From IMG/VR virus record IMGVR_UViG_3300037312_000542, positions 706 to 64,705 of that record: a stretch of 64,000 nt of DNA; one strand, 5' to 3'. This DNA is from a virus. Taxonomy: Duplodnaviria; Caudoviricetes. Shown one piece after another: positions 1 to 7,910 of this stretch. Both the position numbers and the translations under genes were made by a program. The notes under the pieces were generated by a model that made no database searches, was not told where the DNA came from, and was given only the letters and a program-made list of their open reading frames with translations. Position 1 is the stretch's first letter. Every line of letters begins with the position of its first letter.

Positions 1-22
1 CAAATATACGGAGTGGCATATA

Positions 23-289
23 ATGCTGACGGTAGCGTGGATAGTAACCGGAATGCTCGGCGGCGCACTGTTTTGGTTGCGCTGGCAGATTGATTTCGAG
101 GATGGAATATCGTGCCCGTCGCCAGCGGGGGTGCTATTCATCGTGCTTTTCGCCGCAGGTGGTCCGGTGCTTCTCGCCATCGCGATCATATTCTTCGTTA
201 TCAATTCCATCCTTAATCAGGAATGGTCTGACTCGTGGTGGACGCGTTCCATTTGCCGACGGCGCGATAAAGCGAATCCGGGAGCCTGA
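23..289 (+). CDS. hypothetical membrane protein
   Basis: 88-aa ORF with two hydrophobic segments; in the rightward operon. Confidence 0.6.
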   Translation: MLTVAWIVTGMLGGALFWLRWQIDFEDGISCPSPAGVLFIVLFAAGGPVLLAIAIIFFVINSILNQEWSDSWWTRSICRRRDKANPGA

Positions 290-290
290 T

Positions 291-392
291 ATGACACTCG
301 GCACCGCGCTGTTCTTCATTTTCTGCACGCCGCTCGGCTGGATCGGACTGCTCTGTCTCGCCGTGGTGATCGCGGTCATTCGGGCGACGTGA
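291..392 (+). CDS. small hydrophobic hypothetical protein
   Basis: ATG at 291, MTLGTALFFIFCTPLGWIGLLCLAVVIAVIRAT; abuts neighbouring ORFs. Confidence 0.5.
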   Translation: MTLGTALFFIFCTPLGWIGLLCLAVVIAVIRAT

Positions 393-393
393 G

Positions 394-531
394 ATGCTCG
401 TTTTCTATTACCAACTTGACGGCAAGACGCACCTGATTTGCGTGCGCGGCGCGATGCCGAGTGTCAAGAGCCCGATCTGGCGCGGCGGTAACACGTCCTG
501 CTGGATGGTGCCGGGGACTTGGAAAGAATGA
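394..531 (+). CDS. small hypothetical protein
   Basis: 45-aa ORF MLVFYYQLDGK..., stop overlaps next ATG (ATGA). Confidence 0.45.
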   Translation: MLVFYYQLDGKTHLICVRGAMPSVKSPIWRGGNTSCWMVPGTWKE

Positions 532-938
532 TCGTCGGTTTCACAGGAACGCGAAAAGGTATGACGGACGCGCAGAAAGGAACGCTGCGCCTCTTGCTGC
601 TCTCATTCGGCGGCGGTGAGTTTCACCACGGCGACTGCGTAGGCGCCGATTCCGAAGCGCATGACATTTCTATGGCGGAGTGCGGGTATTGTCCAGTCAT
701 TCATCCGCCCACGAATCCATCGCTGCGTGCTTGGCGCAAAGTGCCAGCGCATCTGATGAAACCAGAACGCCCCTACTTGACGCGCAATCGGAATATCGTT
801 GACGCGGCGCAGGTGATCATTGCGGCCCCGGCAGACCCTTTCGAGGGTAAGGGCGGCACATGGTCAACGATCCGATACGCGCGTCGGACCGGTAAGCCGC
901 TGCACGTTATCCAGCCGGACGGGCGGACGGTACGGTGA
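528..938 (+). CDS. SLOG-superfamily (DprA/Smf/YspA-like) nucleotide-binding protein
   Basis: N-terminal GFTGTR, HHGDCVGAD, RNRNIVD and GGTWSTIRYA motifs typical of SLOG fold. Confidence 0.7.
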   Translation: MIVGFTGTRKGMTDAQKGTLRLLLLSFGGGEFHHGDCVGADSEAHDISMAECGYCPVIHPPTNPSLRAWRKVPAHLMKPERPYLTRNRNIVDAAQVIIAAPADPFEGKGGTWSTIRYARRTGKPLHVIQPDGRTVR

Positions 939-2992
939 CCATCACTCGCGCCACCTACGACACCGAAACCCGCAGCCATTGCGACATCAGCCGCGGTCTC
1001 GACGTCTATGTGAACCACCCAACTACGCAACTGGTCTGCGCCGCACTCGAAACCGATCAGTGGAAATGCGCCGCCAGTTTCATTCCGTCGAGCGACGGGC
1101 GCGACGCCGTCGAAGCGCAAATGCGCTCACTTGGATTGACGGTCGTCCCGCCTGAAACGATGGTCGCGATGCTGCACTCGACCAAGATGGCGGTTGCGCA
1201 CAATTTCGCCTTCGATCAGGCGGTGACGCGTGTTCTCGCGCACGTCGATATTCCTGATGATCAATGGTCCTGCACCATGGCGCGCGCCATGCGGCACGGT
1301 CTGCCGGGCGGACTCGGCAACCTCTGCGAAGTGCTGGGGTTCGGCGATCAGGGAAAGGACAAGGAAGGCAATCGGCTCATGAAGCAAATCATGAAGCCGC
1401 GCCCGACCTGGAGCAAGTGGTCCCGAACGCGCGAAGGCGCCGAACCGCCAATGTGGTTCGAAGACGCCGATCGTATCGCTCGCGAAGTGCTTTATTGCGC
1501 TCGCGACGTGTCCGCCGCCGCGCGGGTGGACCGCATCATCCCCGAACTTGAGCCGGAAGAACGTGCAATCTGGTTGCACGTCCACGACATGAATTGCCGC
1601 GGTATTCCGCTCGACCCGCAAATGATCCAAGGCGCTATTGCGATCTCGGAAGAGGCGCAGCGCGACTTACAAGATCGGATCCGCACCTACACGGGCGGCA
1701 TGATCCAGTCGCTAAAAGCGCCGGCGCAGTTGTCCGCATGGTCGCGTCGCTACGGTTACGACATGGATTCGTGGAACAAGGAAGCCGTTACCGAACTGAT
1801 CGCGGATCCACGCTGCCCGGAGCCTGTCAAGGTTGTCGCGCGTGCCCGACAAGAGGCCGCGCGCGGCAGCGTCGCCAAGTATGAAACCGCCGCCGAAATG
1901 GTATCGCCCGACGGTCGGTTGCGACATCAGTTGCTGTACGCCGGTACGTCGACGCTGCGATTGGCGGGGCGGGGCGTCCAGCCGCTAAACCTGCCGCGAC
2001 CGAAGATTGAGGCTGACAAATCGGCGGCGCTAGCCGACATCAAGGCCGGTCGCGAAATCCGGGCGCCTCAATGGAAAATCGACTACGACCCGGAGCGCGC
2101 ACTCGACGCAATCCGGCGCGGGGATTTGACGGCGCTCCGCACGATCGGCGACCCTGAAGAGATTTTGTCCGATAACATTCGCGGCATGATCGCAGCACCT
2201 ACGGGAAAAATCATCACGTCGCCGGACCTAAGTGCCATCGAGGCGCGCGGCGTGTTTTGGTTGGTGGATTGCGAAAAGGCGTTGCAGGCGTATCGTGCCG
2301 GCGAATGCCTGTATTGCCAACTCGCGTCAACGATGTTCGGCTTTCCGGTAAAGAAAAAAGAAAACCCGGAAGAACGTCAGTATGGGAAGGTGGGCATTCT
2401 CCAGTGCGGCTATGGGTCTGGCGCGGCGAAGGTCGCCATGGCGAATAAACTTGATGACGAATTGGCGCAACGCATCGTTGGCACGTATCGATCCGACTAC
2501 GCCGAAGTGCCCGCCGCGTGGCGTGACCTGGAGCGGTCAGCGATCAACGCCATCCACAATCCGGGCTACATGACGACGGCGTGCAACGGCAAAGTGCAAT
2601 TCGTTTTCGAAGGCGGATGGCTGCGGCTGCGCCGCCCTTCAGGGACATGGATGTACCTGCCCGATGCTGGCGTCGATTACGAAGGGCGGCTCTATTACCA
2701 TTCGTGGATTAAGGGCGCGTGGCGCGAAGAGTCGATATGGGGCGGCGTGCTTATCAACTTCGTCGTTCAAGGAATGTGTCGTGAGTTGATGTTCAGCGCT
2801 GAGATGCGTCTCGCGCAGGATCCACGGTTCGAGTTATTTTTGCAGTGCTATGACTCGCTGTCCGCACTGGTGCCGGTAGAGCAGGGCAAAGAATTGTGCG
2901 ACGTGATGATCCGCGAAATGACCACGCCCCCCGCATGGGCGCCGGACTTTCCGCTTGCGGCGGAAGGCAAGCCGAAGTTGAGGTATTCATAA
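935..2992 (+). CDS. phage DNA polymerase, family A, with 3'-5' exonuclease domain
   Basis: Exo I DTETRS, Exo II HNFAFD, Exo III YCARD; motif A DLSAIEAR; motif B RQYGKVGILQCGYG; motif C variant YDS. Confidence 0.93.
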   Translation: MTITRATYDTETRSHCDISRGLDVYVNHPTTQLVCAALETDQWKCAASFIPSSDGRDAVEAQMRSLGLTVVPPETMVAMLHSTKMAVAHNFAFDQAVTRVLAHVDIPDDQWSCTMARAMRHGLPGGLGNLCEVLGFGDQGKDKEGNRLMKQIMKPRPTWSKWSRTREGAEPPMWFEDADRIAREVLYCARDVSAAARVDRIIPELEPEERAIWLHVHDMNCRGIPLDPQMIQGAIAISEEAQRDLQDRIRTYTGGMIQSLKAPAQLSAWSRRYGYDMDSWNKEAVTELIADPRCPEPVKVVARARQEAARGSVAKYETAAEMVSPDGRLRHQLLYAGTSTLRLAGRGVQPLNLPRPKIEADKSAALADIKAGREIRAPQWKIDYDPERALDAIRRGDLTALRTIGDPEEILSDNIRGMIAAPTGKIITSPDLSAIEARGVFWLVDCEKALQAYRAGECLYCQLASTMFGFPVKKKENPEERQYGKVGILQCGYGSGAAKVAMANKLDDELAQRIVGTYRSDYAEVPAAWRDLERSAINAIHNPGYMTTACNGKVQFVFEGGWLRLRRPSGTWMYLPDAGVDYEGRLYYHSWIKGAWREESIWGGVLINFVVQGMCRELMFSAEMRLAQDPRFELFLQCYDSLSALVPVEQGKELCDVMIREMTTPPAWAPDFPLAAEGKPKLRYS

Positions 2993-2993
2993 C

Positions 2994-3200
2994 GTGGTCC
3001 TCATGCAAATCGATCGCGGTATGACGCGCGAAACGGTCGTGCTCCGCGACGTCGACACGTCCGCAGAAATCGCTGGACAGTGCGATTGCATCGAATGCGG
3101 AGGCGATGGCAATTGGGGCAAGTTCGCGCCTGAAATAGTCGGTGCGGATTTCAAGTGTGTCGAGTGCAAAGGCACCGGCAAAATGTGGGTAGGGCTGTAA
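2994..3200 (+). CDS. hypothetical protein with CxxC pairs
   Basis: 68 aa, CIECGG and CVECKG zinc-finger-like pairs. Confidence 0.55.
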   Translation: MVLMQIDRGMTRETVVLRDVDTSAEIAGQCDCIECGGDGNWGKFAPEIVGADFKCVECKGTGKMWVGL

Positions 3201-3201
3201 C

Positions 3202-3711
3202 GTGGCGCCCGCCATCCAGGAATTTGATTACCAAAGGGCGCATGTGTTGTGGCTCCAGGGCAACCCTGACAAGTCAGGGCGCCCGCGCGTAACGCCTGCG
3301 CTCGCGCCGGACGTCGTGTTATGGCATACGCCCAACGGCGGCGAACGTCGCGATGCGTTCGAGGGCAAGCGGTTGCGAGAGATGGGGACACTCGCGGGGA
3401 TTCCTGATCTTCTATACCTGCGTCCCACGTTGTTCACCGAAGGGACGTTCGGGCTCTTATTCGCGCAGGAATGGAAACGGCCGGACGCGAAACGCATTCC
3501 ATTGAAGCACCGCAGCCCGGAGCGCCTTGCGATTCGCGCGGACTTGCTGCGTCGCGGGATTGCATCCGAACGCACGGTCGACATGCTGTCGGACGCTCAA
3601 CTCGATACCCACGCAAGGCTCATTCGCGCAGGGCTCGCGGCATCGATCGTCGTGGACAACCTTGCCGATGCGCGTGAGTTTTGCCGGCTGCATCGGTTGA
3701 CAAACATCTAA
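3202..3711 (+). CDS. VRR-NUC family endonuclease
   Basis: WHTPNGGER...GTLAGIPDL...EWK (PD-(D/E)xK) directly after PolA. Confidence 0.8.
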   Translation: MAPAIQEFDYQRAHVLWLQGNPDKSGRPRVTPALAPDVVLWHTPNGGERRDAFEGKRLREMGTLAGIPDLLYLRPTLFTEGTFGLLFAQEWKRPDAKRIPLKHRSPERLAIRADLLRRGIASERTVDMLSDAQLDTHARLIRAGLAASIVVDNLADAREFCRLHRLTNI

Positions 3712-3724
3712 GATGTAGTAGAGT
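3696..3724 (+). promoter_or_regulatory. motif promoter 1
   Basis: GTTGACAAAC...GTAG-TAGAGT, 16-nt spacer. Confidence 0.75.
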
Positions 3725-3752
3725 CGCATCCAACACAAACGGAGCGGCTCCC

Positions 3753-3914
3753 ATGGCGAAGCGTATCGGTATCGACGCAAATTCGGAACAACGGATCATC
3801 AGCGGCGCAAGGGTGGCGTTCGATACGCGCATCACTGCGGAAGTCGACGGCACGCGCGACATGACGAACCGCGTCTATCGGTCGAAGCGTCGCGCAAAGA
3901 AGGACGCGGAGTGA
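3753..3914 (+). CDS. hypothetical protein
   Basis: 53-aa ORF after GGAG RBS, first gene behind motif promoter at 3696. Confidence 0.55.
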   Translation: MAKRIGIDANSEQRIISGARVAFDTRITAEVDGTRDMTNRVYRSKRRAKKDAE

Positions 3915-4069
3915 TGTCCGACAAGTCCACCAGTTCCAACTACGCTTCTTTGCGTGTCGTCCCATTCACCGGACCGTTTTTCGCGGTGTGGGCGTTCTTC
4001 GGACCCGAGTCCTTCGGAACGTGGTTCGGTCGCGTCGTTCATGCGTTTCGAGTCGCTGCGGGGTTCTAA
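3914..4069 (+). CDS. small membrane hypothetical protein
   Basis: MSDKSTSSNYASLRVVPFTGPFFAVWAFFG...; TGATG and TAATG coupling on both sides. Confidence 0.5.
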   Translation: MSDKSTSSNYASLRVVPFTGPFFAVWAFFGPESFGTWFGRVVHAFRVAAGF

Positions 4070-4413
4070 TGCCAAGGCGACGAACACCGCACGTATGGAC
4101 CGAGGACCATCTGGCGAAGTTGAAACGCTTGGATGAGTTAGAAGCGGAGCACGGCGCTATCATGCGGTCCTTGCGTCAGTATCGCACCCTCAAAGCCATT
4201 TATAAAAAGCGTGCGAAACTCCACGGATGGAAACCTGAAAGTCTTGAATCGACGTGGGTGCATGATAATGCCCGGACCATCCTGTGCAGTCGACCGAGCG
4301 AGGCTGCGTTGCGCGAACGTGACCGTCGCCTCGCGTTGCCGACGTCAATGTTCGGTGATCCGCCGCCGGGGTATTCCGCACTGGATCGAATGCGTCGCGA
4401 GGTGACTGCATGA
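4069..4413 (+). CDS. GcrA-like/HTH-like hypothetical protein
   Basis: N-terminal WTEDHLAKLKRL resembles GcrA N-terminus; C-terminal FGDPPPGYSALD. Confidence 0.45.
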   Translation: MPRRRTPHVWTEDHLAKLKRLDELEAEHGAIMRSLRQYRTLKAIYKKRAKLHGWKPESLESTWVHDNARTILCSRPSEAALRERDRRLALPTSMFGDPPPGYSALDRMRREVTA

Positions 4414-4619
4414 CCCCGGCGCAGCGCGAAGCCCTGATGTGGCTGCAACAGCATAACGGTGACGGCGTGTTCGACAAGCACGGCGTCCTGCTCGCGGCCG
4501 GTGAAAGCGCGCCGTTCATGCGGAGCACCTGGAACGCACTGCGCGATATGGGGCGCGTGGAAATGTACGACCGCAAAAGGGTGCGCGTGACGCGGCCCGT
4601 GGAGAGGGAGACGATCTAA
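4410..4619 (+). CDS. hypothetical protein
   Basis: 69-aa ORF, ATGA-coupled. Confidence 0.6.
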   Translation: MTPAQREALMWLQQHNGDGVFDKHGVLLAAGESAPFMRSTWNALRDMGRVEMYDRKRVRVTRPVERETI

Positions 4620-4795
4620 TGGCTCGCACGTGGAATATCTTCATGGCGATACTCTTCGCGTGCAACGGTCTACGTTTCACACACGATTGGTACGTGGGAA
4701 ATCCTGCGGAGTGGTTCGTTTGGTTTAACGCGATCTTTGCCTGCGTCATCATGTTCCTGTGGTGCGTGAGTGACGCCATTCGAGGTGAGTGGTGA
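4619..4795 (+). CDS. small two-TM membrane protein
   Basis: MARTWNIFMAILFACNG...AIFACVIMFLWCV; TAATG coupling. Confidence 0.5.
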   Translation: MARTWNIFMAILFACNGLRFTHDWYVGNPAEWFVWFNAIFACVIMFLWCVSDAIRGEW

Positions 4796-5130
4796 GGTAT
4801 TTCATACTCGCCATGCTTCTCCCGCTCGCATCTTGCGCCGGCTCACCCGCCTTCGCAGCCACCACCATGATCGCCAGTTACTACGGCTCGGAGTCCGGCA
4901 ACCGCACCGCATCGGGCGAACGGTTCAATCCGAACGGACTGACCGCGGCGCATCGCACGCTGCCATTCGGGACGCGGTTGCGTGTCTGTTACCGAGGCTG
5001 CGTGGTCGTGCGGATTTCGGACAGGGGACCGTTCATTCGAGGCCGGTCGCTTGATTTGTCCAAGGGCGCGGCGAGGGCGATCGGAATGCTGCGCGTTGGC
5101 GTGGCGCGAGTTCATGTGGAGCGGCTGTGA
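4789..5130 (+). CDS. rlpA: RlpA-family (DPBB) lytic transglycosylase with signal peptide/lipobox
   Basis: ASYYG, TASGERF, TAAHRTLPFGT, SDRGPF, RSLDLSKGAA motifs; LASC lipobox. Confidence 0.88.
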   Translation: MVRYFILAMLLPLASCAGSPAFAATTMIASYYGSESGNRTASGERFNPNGLTAAHRTLPFGTRLRVCYRGCVVVRISDRGPFIRGRSLDLSKGAARAIGMLRVGVARVHVERL

Positions 5131-5456
5131 TGGGAGCATATTCTCGCACGTTATCACGGCGACTTCGGAACGGCGTGAGAAAGTCGTCGCTGATCAATCC
5201 AGACGTTGAACGCCTTGTGTCGGTTGCTATCCGGCGTGTCGGCGAGACGTATGGATATGGGTTCACATCCCACTATGCGTTGCGCTTGGCGCTATCCGGC
5301 GACGGGGACGATCGGCATCCCGGCGACATCGAAGGATTCATGACGAGTACAGGACGATTTGTCGAAAGGCGCGAGGCCGCAGATGTTGCGCTTCAAGCGG
5401 GACAAATCCACAGCGCGATGCAACGCGAACTGCTTTCGTCGGACGTGCATTGGTGA
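5127..5456 (+). CDS. conserved phage hypothetical protein
   Basis: GFMTSTGRFVERREAA segment typical of a phage hypothetical family; operon-coupled. Confidence 0.55.
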   Translation: MMGAYSRTLSRRLRNGVRKSSLINPDVERLVSVAIRRVGETYGYGFTSHYALRLALSGDGDDRHPGDIEGFMTSTGRFVERREAADVALQAGQIHSAMQRELLSSDVHW

Positions 5457-5463
5457 GCGCCGC

Positions 5464-5694
5464 ATGACCCCCAACGCTGACTGGCTCCCGATTTCCACGG
5501 CGCCACGCGACGGCACCAAGGTCGAATTGACCGACGCCGCATGGGGCGAGGTATGGCCTATGCGATGGGAGGTTTTCAAGGGCGGCAATGGCGGCGTTTG
5601 GGCCATGTGGGGGTTTTCCGGTTCGCTGCTCGCGACGTGGCCGGAAGGCTCGCCGGGGGAAGGTGGGCCGACGCATTGGCGGGCCGCGGCATGA
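5464..5694 (+). CDS. DUF551-like hypothetical protein
   Basis: WLPISTAPRDGT start and PTHW end. Confidence 0.65.
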   Translation: MTPNADWLPISTAPRDGTKVELTDAAWGEVWPMRWEVFKGGNGGVWAMWGFSGSLLATWPEGSPGEGGPTHWRAAA

Positions 5695-6029
5695 CTGAAT
5701 TCCTAACTTTGGACGAGGCGGCGCTACTTGTTCCGGGCTTCGACGCGGACGCGCTCAAACGGCTATTCCGCAAGGACAAATTGACATGCTACAGACCAGG
5801 CAAACGTCTGCTCACTACGAAGGCCGACGTACTGGAGGCTGTCAAAGTCAAATGTCGCGTAGAGCCAAGGGGCCGCGCCTGTGGCTCCGTCCCGCCCGGC
5901 GCGATAATACGGGCGCAATCACCCACTTCGCAGTGTGGTTCGTCCTCGACGGACCTGTCCAGCGCAGCACTGGACTTGGTGTTGGCGCGACTGCCGACGA
6001 AAAAGAAAAAGCGCTCAACGCCTATCTGA
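5691..6029 (+). CDS. excisionase-like HTH protein
   Basis: FLTLDEAA...YRPGKRLLTTKAD (HTH_17-like); overlaps integrase start. Confidence 0.7.
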   Translation: MTEFLTLDEAALLVPGFDADALKRLFRKDKLTCYRPGKRLLTTKADVLEAVKVKCRVEPRGRACGSVPPGAIIRAQSPTSQCGSSSTDLSSAALDLVLARLPTKKKKRSTPI

Positions 6030-7051
6030 CTGAAAAACACACGGACGTTCGTCAGGCGGGGCTCAAAGACCCGACTAGTATCAAAATCGACGAGGTGTTG
6101 ATCCTCTATGGGGCGGAGCGTGTCCCGCTTCACAGTGACCCCGACAAGACCAAAAGCCGCATCCGTTTCCTGAAAGCGTTTTGGGACGGAAAGATGCTGT
6201 CGGACGTGACCGGCGCGTCGTGCCGCGCGTATGCGCGCACCCGACCCGCGCAGGCGGCACGACGAGAACTGGAAGACCTGCGCGCGGCCATCACATATCA
6301 TCGTCGGGAAGGGCTGCACGATCGCATCGTGTCCGTGGTGCTGCCCGAGAAATCGCCGCGGCGGGAACGTTGGCTAACCCGCAAGGAAGCCGCGCATCTA
6401 ATCCGTACCGCATGGCGCCACAAAAGCGCTCCGGCGGGCAACGGGACCGTCAGCCGCAATTGGCGGCATGTCGCCCGGTTCATGATTGTCGCGCGCTACA
6501 TGGGCAGCCGTGCCAGCGTGATCGCTAGTGCCAGTATCGAGCCGAAGCGGCCAGTTAAAGGCCCGTGGATCGATCTGGAAACCGGAATGTTCTACGGCGC
6601 CGGCATAGGTGAACGCGAGACCACGAAACGGAAGCAAAAGACGCCAATTCCCTTCGAACTTCTTGGTCATCTGCGACGCTGGCGAAAGAACGGTCAGCGG
6701 TTCGCGGTCGAGTGGCACGGCAAGCCCGTCCAGAGCGTCAAGAAAGGGCACGCGGAAGCCGTCGCAGCCGCCGAAGTTGAGGGGCCTCGCAGAAAACGGC
6801 CCATTGAGTTCGCTCCTGGCGTCACGCAACACACCTGGCGACATACGGTCGCGACGTGGCTGCTATCGGAAGGCGTCGACGTTGAGAAGGCCGGCGATTT
6901 TCTTGCCGTGGATCCTCGCACGCTGCGCCGCGTCTATGGGCATCACATCCCCGAACGGACGGCGGAGGTCCACGCCGCATTCCGTGCGCACCGCAAGCGC
7001 GTCGCCAAGCGCGTCGCCAAGCGCGTCGCCAAGCAATCATTGGCGATTTAA
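5852..7051 (+). CDS. int: tyrosine integrase
   Basis: HTWRH (HxxR), catalytic Tyr in VYGHH; adjacent to att core. Confidence 0.9.
   Translation: MSRRAKGPRLWLRPARRDNTGAITHFAVWFVLDGPVQRSTGLGVGATADEKEKALNAYLTEKHTDVRQAGLKDPTSIKIDEVLILYGAERVPLHSDPDKTKSRIRFLKAFWDGKMLSDVTGASCRAYARTRPAQAARRELEDLRAAITYHRREGLHDRIVSVVLPEKSPRRERWLTRKEAAHLIRTAWRHKSAPAGNGTVSRNWRHVARFMIVARYMGSRASVIASASIEPKRPVKGPWIDLETGMFYGAGIGERETTKRKQKTPIPFELLGHLRRWRKNGQRFAVEWHGKPVQSVKKGHAEAVAAAEVEGPRRKRPIEFAPGVTQHTWRHTVATWLLSEGVDVEKAGDFLAVDPRTLRRVYGHHIPERTAEVHAAFRAHRKRVAKRVAKRVAKQSLAI
6995..7034 (+). repeat. 3.3 tandem copies of 12-bp AAGCGCGTCGCC
   Basis: Seen directly; encodes RVAK repeats at the integrase C-terminus. Confidence 0.95.
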
Positions 7052-7094
7052 TTGGCGGTAAAAAACGGATGATTCAAAAAGTGCCTGGTTTATA

Positions 7095-7143
7095 TGGTGG
7101 GCGGCTACGGATTCGAACCGCAGACCCTCTCGGTGTAAACGAG
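7095..7143 (-). mobile_element. attP core: 3' half of tRNA-Val(TAC)
   Basis: Reverse strand CTCG-TTTACAC-CGAG anticodon arm, TGCGG-TTCGAAT-CCGTA T arm, GCCGCCC-A-CCA end; no D arm or 5' acceptor strand upstream. Confidence 0.85.
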
Positions 7144-7408
7144 GGGGTTCGAAACCGCTTGATTGATTTTACTACCGTTTTCGATTGCTGTATGGGGCGG
7201 GTGTTGCCTCGCTGTTCTTGAATAGATTTGGCAAAGCATTGGCGGTGCGGATTTGTTCTGTTCCCCAATCGGAACAACTTTAACGATATGTTGCCCTTAC
7301 GTCACAACCCGCAGGTATTATAAGAAGTCCTGCGGATGTAACTTTTAACCGGCCACAAAACGGTCTTAATCGTTAACGGGGTAAAACGAAACGGGAAGGG
7401 TTATTCTA

Positions 7409-7618
7409 GTGAAAAGGGCGGCGTTGATGAGTGCGAAGAACGAAAAGCGTGGTCCGGTCGTCGTCGGTGACCAGGACGATGCGGAGGTGGGGTTCACGCA
7501 ACGGGTGTTGATGTCATTGATTATCGACGTCACCTGCCTTGCAGAGAACGTCGAGCGGGTGAAGGTGCAGGTCTACGCCATGGCGCGGGAGAACGGAATC
7601 GCGATCCCGAAAGACTAA
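7409..7618 (+). CDS. small hypothetical protein (paralog A beside attP)
   Basis: 69-aa ORF followed by a hairpin; shares ExxERVxxxVxAMAxxxG with 7749..7910. Confidence 0.6.
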   Translation: MKRAALMSAKNEKRGPVVVGDQDDAEVGFTQRVLMSLIIDVTCLAENVERVKVQVYAMARENGIAIPKD

Positions 7619-7625
7619 GGACGCG

Positions 7626-7665
7626 AAGGGGCGGTGCAGTCGGTCCCGACGCCGCCCCTGTTTCC
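7626..7665 (+). terminator. hairpin, probable intrinsic terminator
   Basis: AGGGGCGG...CCGCCCCT inverted repeat followed by GTTTCC. Confidence 0.5.
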
Positions 7666-7748
7666 TGTGGATAGCGTGTACAGGAAAGAATCCTATTGAC
7701 GCGGATAAAAGTCCTACGCATAGTTTCCGGAACAGAAAGGGAACTGCG

Positions 7749-7910
7749 ATGCGTAAACTGAAGAATACCGACCGCGACGACACAATGACACTGGTACTGG
7801 TCAATGAAATGCGTCGCATGGACGAAGCCGCTGAGCGCGTGCGCCTCGTGGTGAAGGCGATGGCGCTACGGGACGGCGTCCGTTACGAAGAGCCGGTCGA
7901 GGCGGATTAA
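7749..7910 (+). CDS. small hypothetical protein (paralog B beside attP)
   Basis: MRKLKNTDRDDTMTLVLVNEMRRMDEAAERVRLVVKAMALRDGVRYEEPVEAD, AGGGA RBS. Confidence 0.55.
   Translation: MRKLKNTDRDDTMTLVLVNEMRRMDEAAERVRLVVKAMALRDGVRYEEPVEAD

Noticed and set aside
4069-4413. Firm gcrA assignment
   Set aside because: Only the short N-terminal pattern matches; the Cys-containing C-terminal GcrA domain is absent
7095-7143. Intact tRNA-Val gene
   Set aside because: Only anticodon arm, T arm and 3' acceptor strand are present; upstream sequence has no D arm or 5' acceptor strand, so it is treated as an att core
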